Assembly (NCBI GenBank): GCA_002269645.1
Contig: NIVC01000729.1
Span: 10,697 to 74,696, forward strand
DNA: 64,000 nt
Reading direction: 5' to 3'
Source of the DNA: Macrostomum lignano
Taxonomy: Eukaryota
The notes under the pieces are model-generated. The model was not told the DNA's origin. It ran no database searches and was given only the letters and a program-made list of their open reading frames with translations. Every line of letters begins with the position of its first letter. Position 1 is the first letter of the stretch. Below, piece after piece: positions 12,395 through 22,628 of this stretch. A program made the position numbers and the translations under genes.

Positions 12395-13579
12395 TGTGAT
12401 AAATAGGCAATTAGATAAATAGCATGCACGGTGAGCAATTAGTTAGGCCCTAGACAAACCTACTTGGAGCGTCAGAGATTTTAAAGCTATTAATCCTAAT
12501 CGCCTATCGCCGGTCGGCGAGTTCTACCAGTCTTTCTCCAATAGCCGCAGGTACAGTACAAGAAAAGAAAGAACACGAGGGAACACGAACCGAAAGATTT
12601 AGAGAGTGATAATCCTATGTGATACAACTGATAATTGGCTAGACGATTTAATTTGATTACTTCAAGTTACAAGATATAAATTCAAAGTGGCGCAGATAAC
12701 TAGAGTTGACAAAACGACGATAATGGTTAATAATAATAATTAGATTACGCAACTAGCAAGCAGATCTCAGCTGAAAAGAAGAGGAAGAAAACCGGACACA
12801 ACCACGGAGAAGACTCCTAACCCCTGGCCTAAACCAGAACCTACACTCGAACGAGCCCTGCCGAACCGACCGTTCAATGGAGTACTGACTAAATTCTATT
12901 GGCACTGCCCTTCAGTGTGACACTGAGGCCCTCGGGGTCGAGGCCGCATACTTGATCAGATCCGACAGTCTCTATCTAACCGCGCTTGATAGCGACAACT
13001 TCAGACAGGAATTTGACATAGACGTTACGCCACAAGACTGAAGCAGTTGGGCGGGGAACAAAGTATGGACTGGGGTGACGAATCAAAACGCCTCAAAATG
13101 CGAACCAAAGGGAAACAGGCCACCGGCCGAGAAGCTGGAACACAAACCAAGAATTGGGGAAAGAAGGCAAGGAGAGAAGGCGAGATCTGATTGCCAAACA
13201 CACTTATATATAGTCAAAGTCACAACCCCTCAAAACCCCCTCAAGCCGGGTGGTGGTCGTTTGGCCGGCCGCTTGCTTAAGCCGAATTGTACTGTGCCCG
13301 CGGCGCCGGGTAGAATTGAAACTTGCCGCATGCCAGGGTCCAGGCCGGTTCTGATTGGCTGGCCGCGCAAAGCTGGGGTTCGCAGACAAACTCAACCCTC
13401 CGCTGAGTCACAAATGGCGTCTGACTTCTAGCCTGTTTACGCAAAATTGATTCTAACTAACAAGGAAAAAGTACACCAAAAATGTATGACTAAACTAAAG
13501 CAAAATAACAAATCAATAACAATAATCCAAAACCTAACTAATAGAATACAAGGCTATCGCAAAAGATGCTCACACTACA
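12395..13579 (-). mobile_element. Solo LTR, 1185 bp
   Basis: TG...CA termini (TGTGA / CTACA); 4-bp TSD ATGG at 12391-12394 and 13580-13583; excision restores the BED reading frame; minus-strand CCAAT and TATATAA (~13205). Confidence 0.8.
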
Positions 13580-13870
13580 ATGGAGGCATGTGGTCCCATT
13601 TGAAGACAAGACACAAAGAGGAACATGAGAAGGTGTTAGGAGCCAATGAAGATGAGAAGAAAAGAAAATATGAATTCAAAGAAAATGAGCTTGCAGCTGA
13701 TGCTATGTTTCTTACTACTAAAAAAGCTCGTTTGCAGTCTGCATCATCTAAGCCAAAAAGTTTGGTTTAGTCAACTTTAACTTTGACTTCAAGTCTAAGT
13801 TCTACAAAGCCCAAAGCAAATATTGAAAGAGTGCAAACACAGTGCCAGCCTTTTGTAACTGTCAATAGTA

Positions 13871-15163
13871 CGAGGGGCACTATTAAAGTTCTGAGCCTGA
13901 CCAAGATCTTATAGTGGCAAAGTGTTGAAACTTTAGGCTCTAAAAGCGCCACATGTTAATAGCCTATTGTCAACTTTTCAGAATTTTCTGCATTCCCTAA
14001 GTCCCACTGCACCATTTTATTTCCAGCACCCCATGGCATTTTCTCAAGAATTGAAGCTTGAGCACAGGGCAGTGATTAAATTTCTGACTCTGGAGGGCTC
14101 AAAGCCTGCTGAAATTCAAAGCCGCATGGCTAGTGTGTACGCTGACGCTGCCCCCTCATACGCCACCATAAAGCGCTGGGCAGCCGAGTTCAAGCGTGGC
14201 CGCGACTCGCTCGAAGATGACCCCCGATGTGGACGACCCCGGACTGCTGTCACTGCCGACAACATCCAGCGCATCCAGGCTCTGGTTGACAGTGACCAGC
14301 GGGTGAAAGTCAGGGAACTTGCGGCAGACACTGGACTCTCTGACCCGCAAGTCATTGAGATCCTGCACCAGCATCTTTATCTGTCCAAGGTTTCTGCCAG
14401 ATGGATCCCACGAATCTTGACAAGAGACCAAAAGACCGCACGGGTGCAGTACTCAAAGCTTGTCCTGGACTCCTACGATCCGGACCCTGCCAACTTTCTG
14501 TCCTGCTGCGTGACCGGGGATGAGACGTGGATCCATCACCACGATCCCGAGTCCAAGCAGGAGTCCAAGCAGTGGCTGCCAGTTGGTTCACCTGCACCAC
14601 TGAAGGCACGGACTGCATGCAGTGCGGGCAAGATTATGCTCACCGTCTTCTGGGATGCCAAGGGCCCGCTGCTGCTGGACTTTCTACCGCACAAGCAGAC
14701 AGTCACAGGCGCCTACTACGCTGACCTGATCGCCCGTCTGCGCGAGGCAATCAAGGAAAATAGGCGAGGGATGCTGAGCCGAGGTGTTGTGCTGCTGCAC
14801 GACAATGCACCGGCCCACACTAGCAGGATTGCCAAGGCTGCTGTCAGTGTCGCAGGGTTTCGAGAGCTGCCGCACCCAGCCTATTCACCAGACCTGGCCC
14901 CGAGCGACTTCCACCTGTTTCCACATCTCAAGCGGGCGCTCCGTGGACAGCGATTTGACACTGATGATGCGCTGAAGGATGCTGCAACTGCTTGGTTTGA
15001 GGGCTGCTCGGTGCAATTCTTCCAGAGTGGCATTGAGGCGCTGCGATCAAGATGCCATAAGTGCATCTTGGTTGGGGGAGACTATGTTGAGAAAAGCTTA
15101 TCTCACTTTGCCCATATCTCCTCTCTTTCATATTAAGGCTCAGAACTTTAATAGTGCCCCTCG
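13871..15163 (+). mobile_element. Mariner (DD34D) element, 1293 bp, irritans/Hsmar2/Bytmar-like ends
   Basis: Perfect 28-bp TIRs CGAGGGGCACTATTAAAGTTCTGAGCCT; TA TSD at 13869-13870 and 15164-15165. Confidence 0.97.
14033..15136 (+). CDS. Intact mariner transposase, 367 aa
   Basis: N-terminal HTH region, WIPRIL, TGDETW, HDNA, YSPDLAPSD with 34 residues between D2 and D3; GDYVEK followed by a 13-aa extension ending at the TIR. Confidence 0.95.
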   Translation: MAFSQELKLEHRAVIKFLTLEGSKPAEIQSRMASVYADAAPSYATIKRWAAEFKRGRDSLEDDPRCGRPRTAVTADNIQRIQALVDSDQRVKVRELAADTGLSDPQVIEILHQHLYLSKVSARWIPRILTRDQKTARVQYSKLVLDSYDPDPANFLSCCVTGDETWIHHHDPESKQESKQWLPVGSPAPLKARTACSAGKIMLTVFWDAKGPLLLDFLPHKQTVTGAYYADLIARLREAIKENRRGMLSRGVVLLHDNAPAHTSRIAKAAVSVAGFRELPHPAYSPDLAPSDFHLFPHLKRALRGQRFDTDDALKDAATAWFEGCSVQFFQSGIEALRSRCHKCILVGGDYVEKSLSHFAHISSLSY

Positions 15164-16002
15164 TAAATGGGTGCATTCTGATCCAAAGGCGATTGAGATG
15201 ACTAATGACCTGGCAATGGTCATTGCTCTTGACCAGGAGCCCTATGCAATGGTTGAACACTATGGCTTTGGTAGCTTTTTAGAGAAACGCTTCCAAAGGT
15301 ACCAAATCCCAACTGCTGACCACATGCCCATGTTGCCATTCCACAACTGTACCAATCTGTGGCTGAACCAGTACGTCAGATTTTATTTGCCAGTAAAACT
15401 GTAGCAATTGCAACAGATGGTTAGACTGCTGAAAACGCTGCCTTTGAAATTTTGGGCCTTATTGTTTTCACTATCCAAGACGATGGCAAGCTTAACCATG
15501 TTGTACTCTGCTGCCTAGAGATCCGTGGCTTTGCAAATGCTGAGAACATAAAGATTGTGATTAAGCAGGTAAATTAAAAATTTTTGCAATAATTTTTTCT
15601 TTTTTACAGTTTACAATATACAGTATTGATTTTCTTGTTTTAATACTAAATAAGTAATAACATTTTATTGACTTTATTTATAATTTATGTTACTTTTTTT
15701 CTTTTCTTTCTTACCTTTTAATGCTAATAGGCACTGGAAGACTGGCAACTTACTGACCGGGTAGTTGCCTTTGTCACAGACAATGCCCCAGTGATGCAGA
15801 AGGCAGTTAGGTTGCTTGAGTACCCACATCATGGGTGTGTAGTTCATCGTCTACAGAATGCTGTGCGCAAGAACATTCCATCAACTCCTTCCGATGGAGA
15901 GCCAGTGCAACGAATTGTCAATGATGTGGTAGCCTATTGCAAGCAAATTGCTGGCCATCTTAACAGGATTAGCAAGGCTGCTAATGATTCTTAGAACAAG
16001 TC

Positions 16003-16272
16003 AGCGTGTATTGTAGGAAAAAAAGAATTTTCAAAATTGCTTTAGTAGAAGCTGAGTAAAATGCAATTTTCCAATCCTCATAGGAATTCCAATGTGTTAC
16101 CTGGCTTCCAAATCAGATGCTTACAGCTTACTGTATGCTCATTAAGCGACAAAGAACAATGAAATTACACTAAGACATGTATCATCGCAGCGTGTATGCA
16201 GGAAAAAAGAATTTTCCAAATTGCTTTAGTAGAAGCTGAGTAAAATGCAATTTTCCAATCCTTATGGGAATT
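16003..16272 (+). repeat. Direct duplication of ~85 bp (period ~187 bp)
   Basis: CAGCGTGTA...GGAAAAAAAGAATTTT...GCAATTTTCCAATCCT occurs near 16003 and near 16189. Confidence 0.85.
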
Positions 16273-16311
16273 TGTATGTTTAAATAATAAACTTATGTTG
16301 AATACAATTTA

Positions 16312-16903
16312 GGCAGTGCTTATCCCCACGGTACCATAGGAATAATTTCTGTCTTACTCCAACGGTACCGTGGGGATAATTTTCTGCTTATCCGCATGGC
16401 ACACTGACGAGATAGCTGCCTATCTTCTACATATGCCGTGGGTTCATAATTTAGTTTAGTACTTACGGCTTGAGTGCAATATAACAACATAACTTTGCTT
16501 GGCTATTATTTTGATAGAAGTAAAGATTTAATGGCCTTTTTACGCAAAAAAACACTTTTTTGTATTTATGACATATGATTTAAGATGAATTGCTCTAGTA
16601 ATTGTTTACAATTTAAGAACTTTTAGCAACTAGTCTAATCCCGACATCCCCGAAAAGTCCATTGCCGCTGCTTCTGTAGACTTCTTACTAGACATGTAAA
16701 TTCTCAATTTGTTTGTATAGATTATTGCATTGCTTCAACAATTCACCCGTGCGGATAAGCAGAAAATTATTCCCACGGCATATGTAGAAGATAGGACAGC
16801 TATCTCGTCAATGTGCCGTGCGGATAAGCAGAAAATTATCCCTACGGTACCGTTGGAATAAGACAGAAATTATTCCTACGGTACCGTGGGGATAAGCACT
16901 GCC
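16312..16903. mobile_element. Mutator-like MITE, 592 bp
   Basis: Long (~130 bp) TIRs beginning GGCAGTGCTTATCCCCACGG; perfect 9-bp TSD TACAATTTA at 16303-16311 and 16904-16912. Confidence 0.85.
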
Positions 16904-18189
16904 TACAATTTATTGCAAACAAACTCTACAAAATACATGTTGTCAAGAGTAACGTAAGTGATAAACAAATAAACCCTTGAAAATAATATTAACTATGTTG
17001 TAGAATTATAGAGTGTAACATTATAAGATAGTTAAAGTTAATAAAATATATTACTATAGCTTTTCTATCATTTTCATTAGACTCATTTTAGGTGAATTAG
17101 GTCGTAATTAAACTTATTGTTTTAACAAATCATTTTATTAAAAATAAAGCTATAGAAAATAGTTTGTGCTTTATTAGACTTTTTTACCTTTTAAAAACTT
17201 GAATAAATTTATTTTATAGCTTTATTGCTTTCAAATTGCCAAAAAACGAATTTTCATAAAACTTGCCCTCGATTTTTGGATTTCACCTTAGATAAAGATA
17301 TTATATTTACAAAAAAAATAAATGAATATTAATGCATGAACAAACAACAAGTAGGTTTTATTGTTATCCTTTTATCTTTTTTATCTGTCCTTTTCTGTCT
17401 GCCCCACTTTTCATGCAAAAATATCAATTTTTGTTATACATTACAGCTACAGTTACGGCAAATTACGGTTATGGACTTTTTAAGCCCGTAATGACAGCAA
17501 AATTCAGCTATGGAAGTTGCTTCTTTCTTACGGCTACGGTTATGGTTAGTTACGGAGGTCAAAACTCATGGCGGCAGAATACTAATGTATTGAATTTTGG
17601 AATAATAAAATTAAAATCAAGTTTTGATCTATCATTATCATTAAAAGAAACATAGATAGAAATACAAACCAAGTTAGACATTAGCACTGAAAACAATTTT
17701 TTTACATAAAGTTAAGACATAATGATACTATAAAAAAAGCCAGAACTGTTTATTAGGCCTATGCCTACAATAAACTAAACTTGAAAAATGAAGAACCTAC
17801 TTTACTTTTATTGTTCAAGCTATAACTACAGTCTACATTACATTTAAAAATTAAATTAAATTAAAAATACACTTTTAACATGTTGTCAAAAGTGGTAGCA
17901 AAAAAACACAAGTGAAAGTTGGTTGATTCTTACCTTGTAGTGCTGAAATAAATGAAGCTACCTCACAACAAGAGTGGGATGGCTAGAATAAGTAGCTCGT
18001 ATGTAGCTTGTAAGTTTGTCACTTATAATCGTCCGTTATGTGTTTTGTGGTAGTGGGGGCTGGGGGTATTGAGGTGGGGGTGGAGAAAGTTTTGGTGGAT
18101 GGATAATTGACGCATTTGTTTCCCCATTGATATTCGCATTGATATTCGAATTTTAACAAAAGCAAAATACTAAAAGCAACCCGTAGCAT

Positions 18190-19068
18190 GAAACTTTACA
18201 CAGAGTAAACTGCAACCGTGAAACGACTATTGGTCAAGTTTCAGCTCGATATGTAACTTTGGCTCTGAGCAGGAGCGATTTTCGATGTGTTCCATTTAAA
18301 ATACATGTGATTCCAAAATTCATATTGATATTCGAGTACAGGTACTTCTGCTTCACTGATCTTGACGAAACTTTACACAGAGTAAACTGCAACCGTGAAA
18401 CGAGTATTGGTTAAGTTTCAGCTCGATATGTAACTTTGGCTCTGAGCAGGAGCGATTTTCGATGTGTTCCATTTAAAATACATGTGATTCCAAAATTCAT
18501 ATTGATATTCGAGTACAGGTACTTCTGCTTCACTGATCTTGACGAAACTTTACACAGAGTAAACTGCAACCGTGAAACGACTATTGGTCAAGTTTCAGCT
18601 CGATATGTAACTTTGGCTCTGAGCAGGAGCGATTTTCGATGTGTTCCATTTAAAATACATGTGATTCCAAAATTCATATTGATATTCGAGTACAGGTACT
18701 TCTGCTTCACTGATCTTGACGAAACTTTACACAGAGTAAACTGCAACCGTGAAACGACTATTGGTCAAGTTTCAGCTCGATATGTAACTTTGGCTCTGAG
18801 CGGGAGCGATTTTCGATGTGTTCCATTAATACATGTGATTCCAAAATTCATATTAATATTCGAGTACAGGTACTTCTGCTTCACTGATCTTGACGAAACT
18901 TTACACAGAGTAAACTGCAACCGTGAAACGACTATTGGTCAAGTTTCAGCTCGATATGTAACTTTGGCTCTGAGCAGGAGCGATTTTCGATGTGTTCCAT
19001 TTAAAATACATGTGATTCCAAAATTCATATTGATATTCGAGTACAGGTACTTCTGATTCACTGATCTT
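18190..19068 (+). repeat. 177-bp tandem repeat, ~5 copies, forming the extended left arm
   Basis: CAGAGTAAAC recurs at 18201, 18378, 18555, 18732 and 18906 (last period 174 bp after a 3-bp deletion). Confidence 0.95.
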
Positions 19069-19406
19069 CCCGTACAACAATCCGACGTCGCACCGACCTC
19101 TGAACCGACGTCGTACGACGTCTATGTAACATTACGTGTTTCCTATTGGTCGGACGTCGGGCCGACGTCGAAGTCGTAGTCCAAAAATTTATTTCGCGCT
19201 TCTTTAACATTTATTTTCGCGGGATGAACTGGCAAGCAATACTGTTATGCTTAATTTAATTATTTAAGGCGAATAACGTGAATTAAGGCGAATTTAATTT
19301 TTCGACTACGACTTCGACGTCAGCCCGACGTCCGACCAATAGGAAACACGTAATGTTACATAGACGTCGTACGACGTCGGTCAGATACGTCGGATTGTTG
19401 TACGGG
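19069..19406. mobile_element. CCC-ended MITE (CMC-like), 338 bp
   Basis: TIRs CCCGTACAACAATCCGACGT with extended internal inverted arms; 3-bp TSD CTT; the empty site GATCTTGACG is seen intact in the neighbouring 177-bp units. Confidence 0.9.
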
Positions 19407-19419
19407 CTTGACGAAACTG

Positions 19420-20210
19420 GGAATGGAGACGATGTGCGCCGTGGTCCATTCGTTTGGCGCCACCTCACCGGAAAGCACGCGGTTCATCACTCTGGCGACC
19501 TCAGTGGCCACGCAGTGGATCCGCAGCGCCTCGGTGGGCTCGTCCGGACCAAGCGCTTTGCCGCCCGGCGACTGCCGAGCGAACTTCACAACGTCGGCTG
19601 TGCTGACTGGGGCAACGTTGAAGCTCTCCTCCGCCGGCAACGGCGTCTCCGGCGGCAGCCTCAGATTTTCTGGAAGCGGAGGGGGCAGCGCGTTGACAAT
19701 GGCGGCGAAGAACTCGCGCAGCTCGTTCCTGCGCTCATCCGGAATGTCGCCTGCCAGGTTGAGCGCGATGCGCCGCTTTCGCCCCGTCAGAGTGTTGATG
19801 ACGGACCAGGCCACGCGCCCTCTGGGTCCCGAAGCCGAAGGTCGCAGATGAGCAGCCGATGGTCGGACCGCAGAGCCAGCGGCGTAATGGTGCGGCAGTT
19901 GGTGACGCGGCGGCGCACACGAAAGCGCACAAGCACGTGGTCGAGCTGTGCCAGCCTCCGCGTAGCGTTCCGGCCGCGCGCGTTCCGCCGCCTCCGCTTG
20001 CAGCCCAGGAAGGTCGCGAGACTGCCCGGTGACTTGCGGAATCTGGTGTTGGCCGACACCATGTCCTGTCTCTCCAGGAAGTCCTCTAGCGCTCCGGTGT
20101 TGCCGTTCTCGAGCGCTGTCACAAACAGCGATCGCTCGGACCTACGCAGAACTGCGTTCAGGTCTCCGAGAATGACCACTGTGTCACGTTGCGCCATCTC
20201 CTCCACCTGT
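19420..20210 (-). pseudogene. Internally deleted non-LTR retrotransposon fragment (APE endonuclease plus start of RT; RTE-like)
   Basis: ILGDLNA, LDHVL and SDHRL (APE motifs) fused out of frame at ~19820-19835 to AWSVIN..KALGPD..PNEWTTAHIVSIP (pre-RT region). Confidence 0.85.
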
Positions 20211-20476
20211 ACTCGAATATCAATATGAATTTTGGAATCACATGTATTTTAAATGGAACACATCGAAAATCGCTCCTGCTCAGAGCCAAAGTTACATATC
20301 GAGCTGAAACTTGACCAATAGTCGTTTCACGGTTGCAGTTTACTCTGTGTAAAGTTTCATGCTACGGGTTGCTTTTAGTATTTTGCTTTTGTTAAAATTC
20401 GAATATCAATGCGAATATCAATGGGGAAACAAATGCGTGGATAATTGATTGCTGTGAGGTGGGGCGGATTCCACGT

Positions 20477-21985
20477 TTGAATTCCCGCTGGCGTTGCGTT
20501 CGCACGAATAAATCCGGAGAGTCGCGCAGACGAATCACAACAAAGTTATTTCTCCTGTTTTACTCCGACTGCCGGGGTCCTCAAATTCCGGGGGGAGGGT
20601 AGTTGCGGTCGTAGGCGAGCGGTCTCAGCGGCACGGTCGTTCAGATAGTAGATACCGAAGATTCTGACACCGTAAATTTAATGTGTCGATTTGTTGAGCT
20701 GATTAAAATCAGTAGGGTAGAGCTGCCACCACCGTAATTTACGTATTATGGAACGAATAAGTCTCAGAGCTCTCTTTGAGTTGAGAACTTTGATTGTTTT
20801 ACGCCCCGTGGGCAAATGACTCAAGATAGGCTATACGGCTTGATTGATCAACGAATAAATATGGTGTAATTTACTAGATATTTGGTTATTATTAAAACAG
20901 CAGGCTTGAAATAAATTGAAAGTCATTAAGATTACTATTGCTTTAATAAATTCACGACTGAGAAGATTTCACGGGCTCCGAGGCGCAAAAATCAACTAAA
21001 TGAAATAGGCAAGTTACGTTAAGTTAGCTAGTGTTGGTCGCACGAAGAAGGCGAGTGCGGGAGAACACGTACGTAGAAAAGTTCGAGAGAGAGTGAGCGA
21101 GCGTTTATGGAGACACTAGCAATGACGAGCTGTTTAAATATTAGTGAAAAATGGCAAAACATCGGTTGGATCAACGGTTGGGCATATGCTTCGGGACAAA
21201 AATTACAGCGCGTGGTCGAGGCACGGACGGCCTAAAAACTGAAGGAAACAGAAAAATTTTAACAAAAATGTCCGTTGGGAGGAGGATAAATTTCCAGAAA
21301 AAAGGATGCAAAACCTCCACGGTCCTCGGCGGGATCAAACGGAGGAAACAAATCAAATAGTGGACAAAAAATAAAGAAAATTTTCCGCATGCATTTCAAA
21401 GTTATTAAATTTGTTATCAAAGTCAAAGTGGCATCCCACCTGCCATCAGTATCACCCTTTTGATGACCGCGTCTAGTCGGTAACACAGCAGCTAAAATTA
21501 TGCCGTTTAAAGGGTTTAAAATTATGCCGCCGGGAGCACGGCGAGCTGCGCTGCCGCCCGTCAGACCGTCTAGTATATTGAGGTGGGGACGGAGAAAAGA
21601 AAAAGGTTCACTTTCTTTGATGGGCAGTTTTGATCACTTTTGAATTTCCGCCGGCGTTGCGTTCGCACGATTAATCCAGAAGTTTCGCGCAGACGAATCA
21701 CAACGAAATTTTCTCCTGTTTTACTCCGACTGCCGGGGTCTTAAGTCCGGGGGGAGGGTAGGCGTGATCGTAGCTGAACGGTCGTTTAAATGGTAGACAC
21801 TGAGATTTTTGGTACCGTAAATTAATGCGTTGATTTGTTGAGTTGATTTCTATCAGTAGGGTGGGTAGAGCTGCCACCACCGTAATTTTTGCATTACGAA
21901 ACGAATTAGTCTCAGAGCTTTCTTTGAGATGAGAACTGGATTGCTTTACGTCCCGTGGGCAAAGAACTCAAGATAGGCTATGGGC
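20477..21985 (+). repeat. Two diverged ~370-450-bp direct repeats, ~1160 bp apart, origin unknown
   Basis: 20477-~20850 aligns by eye with 21639-~21985, sharing CGTTGCGTTCGCACGA, TTCTCCTGTTTTACTCCGACTGCCGGGGTC and CTCAAGATAGGCTAT. Confidence 0.85.
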
Positions 21986-22628
21986 TTAACTAATTAAATA
22001 AATTGAAATAAATATGGTTGACGTTTATTATTATTGATCGCTAGATATTACATTGCAAGTTAGTTAAGCAGGCGGATAAATATTATTGGCGACGAACGAA
22101 TTGAATGCGAGCAGAGCCGCGGTGCGCTAAGGTTAGCTAGGATGGAAGTTAGAGGCGGCACCAAAAGTAACACTAACGGAACTAATTAATAGAACGAATG
22201 TACTATAACTAAACGCAGGAGGTAAAAGTGAACGAAGCAGAAGGAGAACCAAGGAAAAAGGGGAAGGGGAGGGACAAAACGGCAACAGCGCTTGAAGCAA
22301 TTAATGCTTTAAATATTGAAATAAACTCAAATTATCAACAGACGGGGCCAGGCTGGGACGGGTGATTGGACAGAGGGCTGGACAAGGGCATGGACAAAGA
22401 GTTGGGCAAAAAAACAACTTGACTCGTAATAGTTGCGAAATTAGTAAAATCAACAGTGGGAAGACAACAGTTCATCAGTGGGTAAAAAAGCAAGAACAAA
22501 ACTGGGACGAATAAGCTCAACGGACGGGTTAATGGCGTTATGATCAAAATGGTTGCAAATTTGTAAAAACTTTCCGGGGTTGGCGTACTTGATAATTTCG
22601 TAGAACGTATTAATTGTCAGTAAAATAT

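Larger units (their letters stand above)
12180..15994 (+). pseudogene. Disrupted hAT transposase with BED zinc finger (ZBED1/4-like)
   Basis: Removing the LTR restores LWSFF..CTLCHATVCCRTKKANASNGGMWSHLKTRH (BED finger). Removing the mariner restores VNSKWVHSDPKAIE..DQEPYAMVEHYGF. Then ATDG* (W to stop), intron 15569-15730, VTDNA and GCVVHRLQ. It has frameshifts and no visible C-terminal dimerisation domain. Confidence 0.8.
18110..20438. mobile_element. Foldback/Mutator-like element, 2329 bp, with cargo
   Basis: 234-bp inverted arms (18110-18343, 20205-20438); perfect 9-bp TSD GGATAATTG at 18101-18109 and 20439-20447. Confidence 0.9.

Noticed and set aside
16404-16432. CTGACGAG followed by a GATAG/CTATC hairpin, resembling a hammerhead ribozyme core
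   Set aside because: The required GAAA after stem II is absent (TTCTAC follows); the sequence is part of a MITE arm.
17440-17584. Possible hAT right end (TTACGG subrepeats, ...GCAGAATACTA)
   Set aside because: No matching left TIR or 8-bp TSD found in the window, so the boundary cannot be supported.
18436-19056. 206-aa ORF across the 177-bp repeats
   Set aside because: Open only because the unit is a multiple of 3; starts at TTG, no recognisable domain.
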